Below the pieces are notes generated by a model, which was not told where the DNA came from, searched no databases, and saw only the letters and a list, made by a program, of their open reading frames with translations. A DNA stretch of 64,000 nt. Origin: the human T2T-CHM13v2.0 reference genome, Homo sapiens. Below are positions 17,560-31,379 of this stretch, in pieces. Position 1 is the first letter of the stretch. The number at the start of each line of letters is the position of its first letter. The stretch is taken from the NCBI RefSeq assembly GCF_009914755.1, contig NC_060942.1; one strand, 5' to 3'. The position numbers and the translations under genes are program-made.

Positions 17560-18650
17560 TATTATGTATGATTTCCCTTATGTATCATATCTCCCACTTT
17601 CAACTCCCTGTTTTTACTCTTAATTACGTCTGTTTCAAATTCAGAAGAATCTACTTTGGGTTCAAGGTAAATAACTCTTCCTGTGCTTTTGTGGCCCCCA
17701 CTCCCTTCTTTTTACCTAAAACTTAAATTCTTTCAAAGGTCATATTAGGTAAGGATTTCTGGTTGTTTTCTTTTACATTGCTGCATGCTGCGCCTAAATA
17801 CCATATACATACGTATATATACATATATACGTATATACATATAGGTATGTATATGTAAGAGACGTAAGGAAGAATTGAGACTGCATGAAGAAACATGAAA
17901 AGGCTGAGAAAGTTTATACTGAAAATAAAGTGGAAGAGAGGCATATATATTGTGTGTGAAACACACACACTATATATATACATATATATGTATATGTTTC
18001 ACACACAATATATATACCTCTCTTCCACTTTATTTTCAGTATAAACTTTCTCAGCCTTTTCATGTTTCTTCATACAGTCTCAATTCTTCCTTACGTTTCT
18101 CCCTTCTAGAGGCATCACTAATCTCTCCTTATTATCTTCTTCTTTTAATGGTAAAATATATATGCTTCCTTCTGGCTCTTCACCTTATTCACTCTTTGAC
18201 CTACTAAACTTCTCTCTTGTCTCCTTATTCTGCTGAAATATACTAAATTTTTTTAAATTTGCAATTAGATAATCTCCAAATCCAGTAGCCTCTTCACATT
18301 CTCTCTGCCATTTTGTCTTTGCATGACAAATTACACTATTTGCTCTTTTTGCTTTTTTATTCATATTTTACTTTTGAGGTATAAAATATCACTCTGTTCT
18401 CATTTTTTTCTCTCATTTTGTTCTTTCTCTCTTTCCTTATTCACTTCCATCCTTATAATTGTTCATGGAGTGCTCCTGAAAGTTTTCCCTTAAACATATT
18501 TTTGAATGCGTGCATTCTTTTCTTGTGAAATTTTATTTCCTGTCACAGCTCTAAGTACTTTAGTGATGGATGTTCATTAGCATCTACTCAGATGAGCTCT
18601 CCACTAGGTTTATCTTTTCATATAATGCCCAAGTAATTGCATCAGCAAGC
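17560..18650 (+). mobile_element. L2 fragment, highly decayed, hosting an inverted duplication
   Basis: CT-rich order of L2 motifs (TCCTGTGCTTTTG..CCCCCACTCCC, CCAAATCCAGTAG, GGAGTGCTCCTGA, GTCACAGCTCTAAGTAC). Confidence 0.55.
17858..18100. repeat. Long inverted repeat: 106-bp arms (17858-17963 and 17995-18100), 31-bp spacer
   Basis: Base-by-base complementarity with 3 mismatches by hand count; the ORF track shows near-identical peptides on opposite strands (CFTHNIY.SLPLYFQYKLSQPFHVSS). Confidence 0.98.
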
Positions 18651-20783
18651 ACTGCTTCCCACATTTTAAAACAAAGTGTATTTCCATTCCACATGGCTAA
18701 AGAAGTCTCCACATTATTTCCATTTCATCCAGATAACACTTTATTCTGATTTTATATCCCCCTTTCTTATAAAATACACAGAGATGAGAAAACCTTAGCT
18801 CCAAGGGAGAAGTTCGTCAGTTAAGGTAAGTAGCAACCTTGTAGGAAATGCGTTTTTACAGGTGTTTTGAGCCTGGGTTGTAATTGGAAAAGAGACATGG
18901 AAATGAAGAGTTGGTCACATATCTGAATCACTTTATAAAATGGTCTTTTTTCAACTGCTATTGGAGCCACCTACATTCAGGGCTCCCAAAAAATGCCACA
19001 CAAGGTTAAATGTGTTACAGTTTCTGGGTAGTTGTTTCACATTTAATAATCATTCTGGAAAGAAATTTGCCATGCATCCATTGTCACACACCAGTAAGTC
19101 AGAAATGTTTGGATCTTGATTTTTCAATAGAAATCCTGACACAATATAAAGTCAAAACCAGTTTCATATGGGCTGATAACAACTTCTTCTTGAATCAGGA
19201 GAATAAAAATACTGAATCATAAAACTAGGCACATTCATTCAGTGGAAAGTTGTATTTGATTCCTTTTATTGAATAGTTTTTTTGGAGAAAATGGCTGATG
19301 AGCTTTCTTGGATGACAAATACATCAGAGCATCTAACAACAACAACAAAAAAACTGAATGAGAATGGCTTGAAAAAAATAAAAGTTCCCCTAAGTATGGT
19401 TGTTTTCTAAACTGTTCATACTATGTGTTATTTGACTTTGAAGACATTTATATAATTTATAAAGTAAAATCAGATATGAATTGAGCTAAATGTTTCTCTG
19501 CTCCTATTATTTATTATCTGGTAATGATAGTGAAACTTCAGGAAAGTCTCACAAAAAAATAGCGGAAGAAGAGCAGAACAATGTGTCATTGAAAACGAAA
19601 GGTGTTCTTTCTTTTTAAATGCCATCAGTAGATGAATTTATTTCAAATGCTCATTTTAAATATATTATGTGTAAAAATACCAAACCAATATACTTGCAAC
19701 AAGTAGAGGCAATTCCATGTAATGGAAAGCACACTGGAACTCAATCACATAAAAATTGTTAAGTTTTCTGATAACTCAAAACCCCTGCAATATGTCACTG
19801 CTGAGCTACCAAGCTAAAATGCTCATAAGTGAGTTTCGCTATCAAGTGCAGAAAGAAAAGGTGCAAGATTATTTTGGTCCTCACAGAAAACAAGGTTTCA
19901 CACATCTGACAACACTTTAATCAGGACACCAAAGCAAATGTGGTACTGTTGCCATTTTTAGTTTCACAACTCATTTGTTAGTGTTGCAAAGGAACAGAGT
20001 GTTATATAATAACCATTTGATGTGTATTTTAGGTGTGCATTATTCTGAATGTGGAAGTTCCCTGATGCAAAAGCTTAGTTATTCTTCATACCACCATCTG
20101 GTTGGTGTTTGCCTCAGTGGAAGCTTTCTATAATCTGGTTTGAAGTCAGAAAAATTATTTCAATAAGTTTCCTGAAGTTTAGCATCTAAAGACTGTTGTA
20201 AATGTTTATTTTGATACCTATATATTTAATAAATATAGGAACACCATCAAAGCCTGCAATATTCAGTGCAAAGGAAGGCAAAGATAATTTTCTCATTAGT
20301 TTCCCTTCTGCCCACCTTGAAATAAAGATACATAATAGCCAAATATGGGACAGATATTTTGAAAACTCAGGGATGAGTAACTACCAGATAGCAATAAACA
20401 CCTCTTGCTCCTTCTACCAATGCTCTCCATAGCATCCATTACCAATCCTCTTAATGTTAGCACGCCTCCCAAGTTAAATTCCAACAAATCCCTACTCTCA
20501 GCCACCCTTTAACTAATCCTCAATTACTGTTGACCGGCAATGTTCTCAAGGTATAGTTTTTCCTTTGAGTTTACGTAAGGGATTTTTGAAAGCTGCAACA
20601 TTTCCAGACCTAAACACTGTCACTTAACTTGTGATATTTATGGAAATTGACAAAAAGTAATCCCTTCTGCATGCACTTTTCTGAGGAAGGTTCAAATGTA
20701 GTGCTTGACCACAAACAATGCGCTATAATGACAGTATATTGTGTAGCAGGACACAATCTGTACAGAGAAGTGATGGAAGCTGA

Positions 20784-21189
<406 letters not shown>

Positions 21190-22476
21190 AGGATACATAT
21201 TCTAAACAAAACCAAACAAAATAAAGCAAAAAAACTAACAAAATAAATGGAATGCTTATTTTCCTCAGTGAGCATAAGCTCTCACTGAGTAAAACAGATA
21301 TATTAAATAAGATCATTTGACTGATATTCAGTTGCTGTATTTTTTCATTTTAATTTCTTATCTCAGAAAAATAAAGGGGCAACATTTTTAAATTTATACT
21401 CTATTTTAAATCATTTACTGTGCAGATTTTCAGGGGATATGTCTTGCTGGAAAACTCAAGGGAATTAAGTACAGATAAAATCATTATTAGTCTTTATTAT
21501 CAGTAATAGAACATTGAAAATTACAAGGAAAATTATGTTATCTCACAATAGTAACAAAAAATAATAGTAAACTAATAATACCTTTAGCAAGAAGTTTGCC
21601 AAATCATTATGAATAGTAATTTTCTTAAAATAGAGTCCCCAAGAAGTTCCTGGAACCTATAAAAAATGTAAGTAAAGCAAAGATCAATCCGATTTATGAA
21701 CATTATAAGCTCATTTGTCACCATGGGAACTGTAACATGAAAAATTTAAATCTAATAATGTTGAATGAAAGTATTTAAAGAATTCATGAGGTCCTTACTA
21801 TAACATCTTCTTTCATAGCATATGATGCAGGCTCCTCTCTTCATAATCAAATTCACATTGCAAAATAAACAGTTTCACCATTAACAAAATTATAAAAATA
21901 AAACTCTGGAATTTAATTTTGGAAGTTTTAATCCAAATCCTTATCTTTTTGTAATTGTATAATGTATGTGACCATGCTACTGCAAATGATGTTATATACA
22001 GTTCAAATTGAGTTTGATCTCTCCACATTTTGTCACTATATATTTTCACATTATAGACATTCATATAATAATTTTGCTACATAATCTTTTGTAGTTAGTA
22101 AAAGAAAACACACTAATATTCATATGTCCAAATTTAGTTTCCAGGCATGCTAAAATAAATACCTCTGGAATGTTTATACTCTCATAAGGAGAAAAGGGGG
22201 TTAGGAGAAGTCATTTGGACATAAAAGTGTGATTCACCATTAAAGTAGTTTGCTATTACAAACTAGCAGAAAAACAGAAAATAACTAATGCAAATGTAAC
22301 ACATTCTAAATTTCTATGTTATTCACATGCATGATTTGAATGGTCTGAATTTGAAAATCATGGATAGGGTATCTTGTTAATGCATTTTATATGGCCAGTA
22401 CAGAGGATACTTCATTTGTTTGTGTGCTATTTAGTATCTTTAGGTTGGATTAAACTCTAGTTTTCTTAAGACCATT

Positions 22477-23331
22477 TGATAGAGGCAGGAGGAAGAGAAA
22501 TTCTAGGCAGACAGGGGAAGGTTCCTGGTGAAACCCCACTTTCAAGCCAAAGTAGCCTGAAACCCACGGCCCAAAGTGAGAACTTCTATTCCTGTGTGTC
22601 CCCTCTCTCCAGTTTGTTTCTTTCTGAATGTCTTTTTACCAATCCAATGTTGCCTTTTCCAAAACTGCTTATAGCCTATCCTGTACCCTCCATCCTGTGC
22701 CTATAAAGAACACAGACTCAGTCAGTAAGAGAGATGGCTTGACTTTGGGGAGAACTACCTGACCCTCCCATCCCCTCTCCAGCTCCCTTCTCTACTGAGA
22801 GCCATTCCCACTGCTCAATAAATTTCTCCACCCTCACCATCCTTGAAGTGTCCATATGACTTCATTCTTCCTGGATGCTGGACAAGAGCTCGGTACCCAC
22901 TGAGTGCAGGTACCCAAAAAGGCTATCACACTAGCTCTTCTCCTCACCGATGGAGGGCCGCCACCCCACACGATGAGGCAAGGGGCCAACTGTGCTGTTA
23001 ACACACAGCCGTCTGTGGACAGTGAAACTACATGAGCCCTGTAACAGCCTCTCTGGGGCTTCAGGTTCACGGGCACCCCCACCTGGGCACCACCACAGGT
23101 CCCCCACATAACTTGCTCCTGCTGGCGCCTGGAGTGGGGTGCCTGGATCCTGCACTCACTCGATTGCGCCTGATGGGGCAGGAACTTGCTCCTGGTGCCC
23201 AGAGCAGCCAGCCAAGTCCTCACTTGCTCTCTCATGGGCTCCCTCTTGCAATGGGTTGAACATGGCCGGCCAAGTAAACATTTGCCCCTGTCATGAGTAT
23301 GATGAAGGGACCAAGAAAAAATCTTGCATTA
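22477..23331 (+). mobile_element. ERV1 solo LTR (LTR1/LTR27/LTR28 group, LTR28-like)
   Basis: TG start, TATA-like CCTATAAAG (~22701), AATAAA (~22817), GC-rich U5; homologous to the LTRs at 35580 and 63905. TSD not clear. Confidence 0.85.
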
Positions 23332-23589
23332 ACTTCACTTACTATTATTTTATAAGCTTTTACTTTTAATATTTACTGCATCAACCTGGCCCCCGAAGAG
23401 ATTTCAGTGTCTAATCCTGGTTAGCATACTCATTTGGTTCTAGGATATCCACTTCCAGAAAAGTTGATGAACTTGGTTCAGTCCAACTATCCCTTATAGA
23501 AGAACTATAAAAAGTTCATAGAACTAAATATATATATATTATTTTAATATATACACATATATAACATACATATATATATATATAACTAT

Positions 23590-23990
23590 AAAACTCAACT
23601 TCGACCCTAAGAAAAACATCTGACAAGTACAAATTAAGGGACATTCTACAAAATATCTGATTAGTACTTTTCAAAACTGGCAAAGTCATCAATAGCAAGC
23701 AAAGTATGAGAAAATGTTATAGCTGAAATGACCCTACATGACAATGGCATGTATTATGGTATGCTGAATAGAGTCCTGGGACAGAAAAAGGTACATATCG
23801 AACACTAATCTGAATAAAATGTTGACTTACGTATCAATATTTGCTCATTACTTGTAATAAATGCACCATAAAAAGATAACATGTTAATAATAGGAAAAAC
23901 AGTGTATGGTGTATATTAGAGCTCTCTGTCCTATCTTTGCCATTTTTTTGGTAACTGTAAAATTAATACAAACAAAATATTTATTTTAAA
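23590..23990 (+). mobile_element. L1MC/L1MD-type 3' end
   Basis: AAATTAAGGGACATTCTACAAAATA...GTCCTGGGACAGAAAAAGG...GAGCTCTCTGTCCTATCTTTGC. Confidence 0.8.
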
Positions 23991-24124
23991 ATGCTGCAAA
24001 GACATAAAACCATGAAGATTATAAGAAGAAAACCCAAGTAAATACAAATTAGAGATGTTAAAACATGCCATGAAAACATGACTAAATATGCCTGCATTAT
24101 TTCATTCATTAAAAAGTCATGATT

Positions 24125-24422
24125 GGCAAGGCACAGTGGCTCATGCCTGTAATCCCAGCACTTTGGGAGGCCGAGGCGTGTGGATCCCCTGAGGTCAGGA
24201 GTTCGAGACCAGCCTGGCCAACATGGCAAAACCCCATCTCTACTAAAAATACAAAAATTAGCCAGGTGTGGTGGTGTGTGCCTGTAGTCCCAACTACTTG
24301 AGGAGGCTGAGGCAGGAGAATCACTTGAACTCGGAGGCAGAGGTTGCAGTGAGCTGAGATAGCACCACTGCACTTCAGCCTGGGCAACAGAGCAAGACTC
24401 TGTCTCAAAAAAAAAAAAAAAA
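24125..24422 (+). mobile_element. AluSx-like element
   Basis: Full dimer with poly(A); TSD AAAAAGTCATGATT. Confidence 0.98.
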
Positions 24423-25074
24423 AAAAAGTCATGATTGTGAATATTAACTAAGGAAAATTGCATGATTACCTAAATCAATTAGCAACTTTCCTCCATTAAT
24501 TATAAGGATAATATCAGAAATTAATAAGCTTAAGTCTTTATTTCTAGCTGTTAGCAATATCCATTCATTAAAAAACAAGTTAAATAAATTATATATAGTG
24601 AAAAATGTTGGAGAAATTATCACAATATCAATATTCAACTAAGGACAGCAGGAAAATTAAAATTTAAGTATAAGATATATAGTTTAGAAATCATAAAATG
24701 ATAGGATTGATAAATAGATTAAAATTTTCATTCTTTAAAAGCATGAAGAAACAAACATTAAGGCAAATAAAAACAGAAAGATGATTAAACGCATATACAC
24801 AAAAATTAATTTAAAAATTATTGTTTAAATTGAATTTAATTTTAAGACACTAGATATTGCACACATTTTTCTTACATATTAGAAAATAAGAATTAGAATT
24901 CTTGAATAAATAGAGTTCTATTCCAATCCTAATATAGTCTCCTAAAAATGTGTGAAGTATTTTTCTGTGAGCCTTTTGCTGCACACCGAAAAGACAATGG
25001 AATATTCTTCTTACATCTTCAATAAGAAGCTGTTCAGTGTAAATTTACATTAATAGAGTGCTAATATACAAAAT

Positions 25075-25270
25075 GAAGACTATAGTAAATAAAATCATGT
25101 TGGACTAAAGTTTTTTGTTAAATAAGTAGATTTTAGCTCCTCTTGTAAAAAAAGAATAACCATGTGAGATGATAGATCTGTTAATTTGCTTCATTATAGC
25201 AACCATTTTATTATCTATATGTATCCCATAACATCCTGTCATAAATCTCAAATAGGCAAAAATCAAACTT
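25075..25270 (+). mobile_element. L1MA/L1MB 3' terminal fragment
   Basis: GTAGATTTTAGCTCCTCTTG..TAACCATGTGAGATGATAGATCTGTTAATTTGCTTCATTATAG. Confidence 0.75.
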
Positions 25271-25533
25271 ATTTTTTACAAATTTACATTAATAGACCAT
25301 TATCTCAACAGCCTCATGTAAGTCAGAGGAGAATTAAAGCCTTCAGTAAGCCAGGTAATTTCCTCTGTAATTTGTATGTTTGTGCTGTTGAAAAACCTGT
25401 AGTAAGGGACTAGGCATTTTTATCATATGCATGTAAAACAGGGGTATTTTTTCCTATAAAAGACAATACTTATTGATGTAAATACTTAATCTCCCAAAAC
25501 AAATCATTTTTCAAGCACAGTTCTACTACTCCA

Positions 25534-25909
25534 TGTATTTGTTTGCTAGGGCTGAGACAACAAAATATTAATAGTACAGAGTACCTGGCTTACATGGCAG
25601 AAATTCATTTTCTCACAGTGTTAAGAGTAGAAGTCTGAGATTAAAGTGTCAGTTGATTTGGATTCTCTGAGGACTCTCTCCTTGGCTTGTATCCACAAGC
25701 CACATTCTCACTGTGTCTTCCCATGGTCATCCCTCGATCTTTGTGTTGTCTGTGCCCGAATGTTTTTCATAAGGACATCAGTTGTATTGGATTAAGGCCC
25801 ACCCATAGGACCTCATTTTTACCTTAATTACCCCTGTAGGCCCTTTCCCAAAATGTAGGCATATTCTGAGGCACTGGTAGTTTGGAAAGACACAATTCAG
25901 CCCACAGCA
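25534..25909 (-). mobile_element. MLT1B-like MaLR solo LTR
   Basis: TG...CA ends; perfect 5-bp TSD CTCCA (25529-25533 and 25910-25914); MLT1 motifs. Confidence 0.9.
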
Positions 25910-26220
25910 CTCCAGATAACCACGCCTCTACTGTAACATTTGCATGATTTCCAAGAATCCTGGACAACTGTAAGCAGCACTTTGTAACCAGCAGTTTAAA
26001 GAGTCCTGCCTAAAGGTTCATGACTGGCTCACTTCTCATTGGTTGGTAGTCACTTTGTGAAAATTCTAAGCTCAGAAAAGAAGACAAAGAAAATGTGAGA
26101 GAGATTAATACTGGCCAAGAAACAACTATAAGGTAGACAGTTGTTTCACATTTTTTGTATATGGTTGTGGGTATGTTGTAACAAATCATAATTTAATTCA
26201 TGTAGATGCAGAAAATGGGC

Positions 26221-26822
26221 TATTTTAGTTTTCAATGGCTGTAAAAAAATACTGCAAAATTAACAGCTTTGGACAACTTACATTTATTATCTCACAATTT
26301 CTGTGGGTTAGGAAACTGGACCTGGCTTAGCTGAATGCTCTGCTCAAGGTCTTACTAAACTATAGCCAGTATGTCAGGAAGGCTAGGATTTCATTCGGAG
26401 CTTAGGATCTTCTTCCAAGCTCCCTAAGATTGCCGGCAGAATACAGTTCAATATAGTTTTAGGATAAAGTGCCCAAATCTTAGAGGTAAACCCTCTTCAT
26501 AAGGAGTTCTAAACATTGCCATGTGCAGCTGGCCAGGCACTGTGGCTCATGCCTGTAATCCCAGCATTTGGGAGGTAGAAGCAGACGAATCAAGTGAGGT
26601 CAAGAGTGTGGGCAGGAGTCTGAGACCAGCCTGGCCAATATGGTGAAACCCCGTCTCTACTAAAAATACAAAAATCGGCCGGGCATGGTGGCGTGCACCT
26701 GTAATCCCAGCTACTTGGGAGGCTGAGGCAGGAGAATCACTTGAACCTGGAGGTGGAGGTTGCAGTGAGCCGAGATTGCACCACTGCACTCCAGCCTGGG
26801 CTACAAAGAGAGACTCTAACTC

Positions 26823-26866
<44 letters not shown>

Positions 26867-27119
26867 TTGCCATTTGCTTTCTTCTAGAACATGGGGAGAG
26901 CATTTCTTTAATACTTCACTGTCTTGTGAAGGGCTCACTTGAATATGTAAGGCTGACTCATTGTAATATTCCTTTCGATTGACTCAAAGTCAACTGATAA
27001 GTAGTCTAAACATGACAATAATATTCCATCATATTCCTGAGTCCCAACCACATTGAAAGGTAGGGGATTATATACAGCATGTATACCAAGGATCAGGAAT
27101 CTTAATTCTGCCTATCATA
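26221..27119 (-). mobile_element. MLT1E-like MaLR LTR, interrupted by an Alu
   Basis: ATTTATTATCTCACAATTTCTGTGGG..GGCTTAGCTG, TCTTCCAAGCTC, GACTCAAAGTCAACTGAT, TTCTGCCTATCA. Confidence 0.8.
26531..26861 (+). mobile_element. AluSx-like element with (AAT)n tail
   Basis: Alu dimer; TSD AAA(C/T)ATTGCCAT(G/T)TGC at 26511-26526 and 26862-26877. Confidence 0.97.
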
Positions 27120-28711
27120 GGGACCGTATTGAATTATTTTCGAGCTCAGATCATGAGAATTTATTTTTCATTCCTAGAAATTACAGTTTTAAACTTGATG
27201 GAAAAAAATTAATCGCAGGAAAACTTAAAGGGTTCTTCAATTTCAAGATTACTCCATACTAGTTAAAAGAACTATGAGATTCGAATGGTAGAAGAGAAAT
27301 AAATTTTGAAGAGCAATGCCTATTTGAAAAGTCCAAAAGATAATTTGTGGTCTATTTGCATTGTGCAATTGTTTGCAAGGCTGCTATATGGAGGAAGTGT
27401 AATATTGATAATTTCCCTGTAACTTGTCAAGTGAAGTACTACTCTTGTTAATTGTGGCACAATTTGGCAACTGCACTATTAAGTCAAGGTTCCAATAAAA
27501 TAGGGTGGAAGCCTAAGACCAGCATCTTTTAATCACAAACTAGAATATGGTTTATATCTTAACAGGTGTCCATTGAACCTCAAATTTCATTCTAAACACT
27601 AGATGGATGGATGGCTTAAATTAAACTCTTTCCTTCCATGTGTTACATGGTCAATTTTTTCTGCTGATGCTTGGCCTTTCCATTCTTTGGTACTGCAGTA
27701 CTTACTGACTTCTTCTGCAGAGGGTCCTTGTGCTGTTTCTTATTTATGCCTCAGTTATTTCCAATATCTTAAGCTACATTAAATTAATAAAATGTTACTT
27801 GAAGATTCATAATGTAGTAAAATCACTCAGAGAAACTAATTTTCTAAATCACTCAAAAATAGTCTTTAATTTCCTAAGACACTGTACATTAGTTTAACCT
27901 GATGAAAAAATAATTTAGAAGGAGATAAAAGGAAGTAAGTCTCAGTATATTCTGCAATTGTTTGTCTGTCTCTCTCATAACTGTTTCTTTCTTTCATTCC
28001 TTTTTGTATCAACAAATCACTAATCTTTAGGTTAGTGAAGTTTAGTATGTATTTATTGAGTTATTTTCACAGTTTTCTCTGTAGGATAAATATTTAACGC
28101 ATATTCATTGAACTTAAGTGAGTTTTCTCCATCTGTTTCCTGTTTCTTCATTCAGTTGTGAGTAATAACAAAAGAATGTCTATGCATGAGAAAAAGAATG
28201 TTGATGAAGTAACACCAATTTGGGTCTATCGATATCATAAAATTACTAAAATGTTAAAAAATAATTTTGATAGTTTAGTCAAAATGTTTCTGTTACCACA
28301 ATTATCAGGTTATATTTGTCTGTATTTTGTGCATTTTATTATTTTTCTTTTCAAAATAATTTTTCTCTCTAATATTATTTGTTTTCCTAAGTATCTAAAT
28401 ACATATATTTTCTCTTGGCTCTATATGTACATTTCCTTTGTATAAGAAATTTTGATGATAGGGAAAAGTTTTCTGGGGAAATACATTTATTACAAGATTA
28501 TTTTAGTAATCATTTTAAATTATTTTAGTTTGTTGAGTCTCTTCATTGCAAGTTTTTTTCATTGATTTTTACAAATTTTCTTTTTTAAAAAAATCAACAT
28601 AGTAGGAAAAGTTAATGAGAGTAAGATAAAAATAGAGTGGAATGACAGTTGCTGCCCAAAAAGAGTTAAAAAGAACTCTGGCATGATACTGTGTTCTTTA
28701 TTCTGTTGCTT

Positions 28712-29022
28712 TCTTTTCTTTTCTTTCTTTCTTTTTCTTTCTTTCTTTTTTTTTTTTTTTTGAGACAGAGTCACGCTCTGTTGTCCCGGCTGGAGGGCAG
28801 TGGCGTGACCTTGGCTTACTGCAACCTCCACCTCTCGGGTTCAAGCGATTCTCCTGCCTCAGCCTCCTGAGTAGCTGTGATTACAGGTGCATGCCACCTA
28901 ATTCTTTTTTGTGTGTTTTTAGTAGAGATGAGGTTTTGCCATGTTGGCAAGGCTGGTCTTGAACTCCTGGCCTCAAGTGTTCCACCAAGCACGGCCTCCC
29001 AAAGTGCTGGGATTACAGGTGT
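28712..29022 (-). mobile_element. AluS, slightly 5'-truncated, with CT-rich (reverse) tail
   Basis: Alu body in reverse ending at GATTACAGGTGT; degenerate TSD ending in TTGCTTT. Confidence 0.95.
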
Positions 29023-30994
29023 TTGATTCCATTGCTTTTAAAGTCCTACCTATTTTGATCTATATCTTTCAATGCACTAATATTGTTCCTATCATGTTAC
29101 ATCCAGGGAGTGTGTCATACAGGCTTTTTTTTTTTTTTTTTGGAACAAAGTAACACTATACCTTCTTTTCCATGCATAAGTTCATTATTATTTCTAAAAC
29201 AGTAAAGTATGCAATAAACAAATTTCACACCTTGTCAAAGTAGTAATATGTAATCCAAATTTCTATTTTTGTATCCACCAAAATTAAAATACTCTTGATA
29301 CAGCCTTAATGATGATCACTCTACTCTGATGTTTAAGTTTGTATTTCTTTTATTTATAATCAGTAATTCTTGTTCAGTGAAAAAACATTGAAATATGCAA
29401 TTGGCAATCATTTTAAAAATGCTTATAGAAACAAAATAAACATGTATCTATGAATTCACATGAGGTACACACTCTTATCAGACATACAAAAGCTAATTTT
29501 CTGAGTAACTTGCTGTTTGTCTGTCTTCCTAACTGTGGTTGGTTACTCTATAGAGCCCTAATACTCTTTTTTATAATTTTAATATAACCGTTGCAATCCA
29601 CTAATCTCTTCTCAAATGCATGTCAAACGAGAAAGAGGAGGTCAAAATAAATAGGAATTATCAGCTTTAGATATCATATCATTATTTTATTTGTGTGTTT
29701 GCATGTTTGTAGTATTATGTTATTTTTAATAAAAATTACAGAACTTACTATAGGCTTGCCTTTTCCAAAATGACATATACATAGATAGATACAGATAAAT
29801 ATGCATAGTGACATAGATAGATAACAGGTATTGCTGTTTTCTATTACCTCAATACTATTCATAATTAACCATTAATAAATAACAGCGACGTTTGAAATGG
29901 GAGAGCTCCAGTTTTACAATAATTTTCTTACAAAAGCTATAACATGCTAACAAATGATGAATTGCCTATTTGGTAATAGTCATTCAGGCTAAAGCACAAT
30001 TTGCCTATTGATTACTGAAAGTTTTGACAATTTTCTATCCACTTGAGCCTCTTCCACATTACTAACACTATTCATTACGTCTCAGCAAAGGTATTTCACG
30101 GGGTGGAATTTTTAACTCAAACAGAGCCATCCTAATTGTGAATAGAAGTAGGTTTTTCTCCTCCCCCAAAACTCTTTGAAATTGTGAAGGAAGAAATAAA
30201 TATGCCTTGTAAAATTGAATGAATTGTCAATTGAACAGTAGTTCTTGCGCTCCTTCTCACCAGGCAAAATGAAGAATTCTATAAGGGAGAAGAGGAGAAA
30301 AACACCATAAAATTGGTGTGGATTCTTTCACTGGATAAAGAAAAAAAAGTGTCACAGACAAAGAAAAGAGACTTTGGACTTGAAATATAATGAAAGTGAT
30401 TTTTCTGAACAGATGAAGCAGATGGCATTTACAAAAGCTACTAAACTTTGTGAATAGTGTGGAGTTTTCTTTGGTTCTCTTCTTTTCAGAGAATATAGCA
30501 GTTGAAAAAGCAATGGGTTTGAAAGTTGATTACCAGGACTTCACTCCTGTGGAACCAGCTTAAATTTAACCCTTACTACTTTTAACTAACTGAATTTTAT
30601 TGATAACCATTAATTCTAATGTGAATAATATGAGATACATTTTGAAAATATGATATTTGTTTGTCATTAAAATTACTGTTTTTACAAACCTCAAGTGCTA
30701 AATCTAGGAAAAGGCAAATAATATATCAATAAAGAAATTAAAAAGTTTTGTAGCTCTCTTAAACTGACCAATCCTTCTGGTAAGTAAAAGTTCTCTTAAT
30801 AGTGTCCAGCATAAAGCAGGTAATGGATAAATGCATGCTCTCTCAACCACCTTTGGAAAATAACAAAGATATTTGTACCAGTCATAGAGAATAGTAAACA
30901 ATTCTTTCAGTGTTCCTTAGATATCAATGCAATATTATTAAATATATACTGGCATTAGGACTATGAAATTCTCAGTCTAGATGTAGCCAATCCA

Positions 30995-31060
30995 AGCCGC
31001 TGTGGATATACATTTAGCTGCTGTGGATATACATTTAGCCACTGTGGCTACACATTTAGC
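30995..31060. repeat. Three-copy 21-bp tandem repeat AGC(C/T)GCTGTGGATATACATTT
   Basis: Units at 30995, 31016 and 31037. Confidence 0.97.
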
Positions 31061-31379
31061 TCTCCATATCTGAGGGTTCCATATCTGTGGGTTCAACCAA
31101 CCATGAATTGAACACATCCCAAAAAAAAAAAAAACTATGAAAATAGCAACACAACAATAAAAAGTAATACAAATATAAAACAATCATTATAACAACTATT
31201 TAAATAGCATTTACATTGTATTAAGTGTTATATGTTATCTATTATTTAAAGTATATGGAAGGATGTGTGAAGGTCACATGCAAATACTATGCCATTTTAC
31301 AAGCATCAATGGATTTTGATATCCATGTGTAAAACAGGGTCCTGGAACCAATTCCTCTGTGGATAACAAAGGATAATTG
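31053..31379 (-). mobile_element. MER2B-like TcMar-Tigger DNA transposon
   Basis: TTCAACCAACC, GGATGTGTG..GCAAATACTATGCCATTTTA, GGTCCTGGAACCAAT..GTGGATA; decayed TIRs. Confidence 0.88.

Noticed and set aside
18750-18831. Perfect donor AAG/GTAAGT with a possible 44-nt exon (18782-18825)
   Set aside because: Weak acceptor, MIR-like sequence and no supporting reading frame or neighbouring exons.
21264-21289. Hairpin CTCAGTGAG-N8-CTCACTGAG
   Set aside because: A single 9-bp stem is expected by chance in 64 kb.
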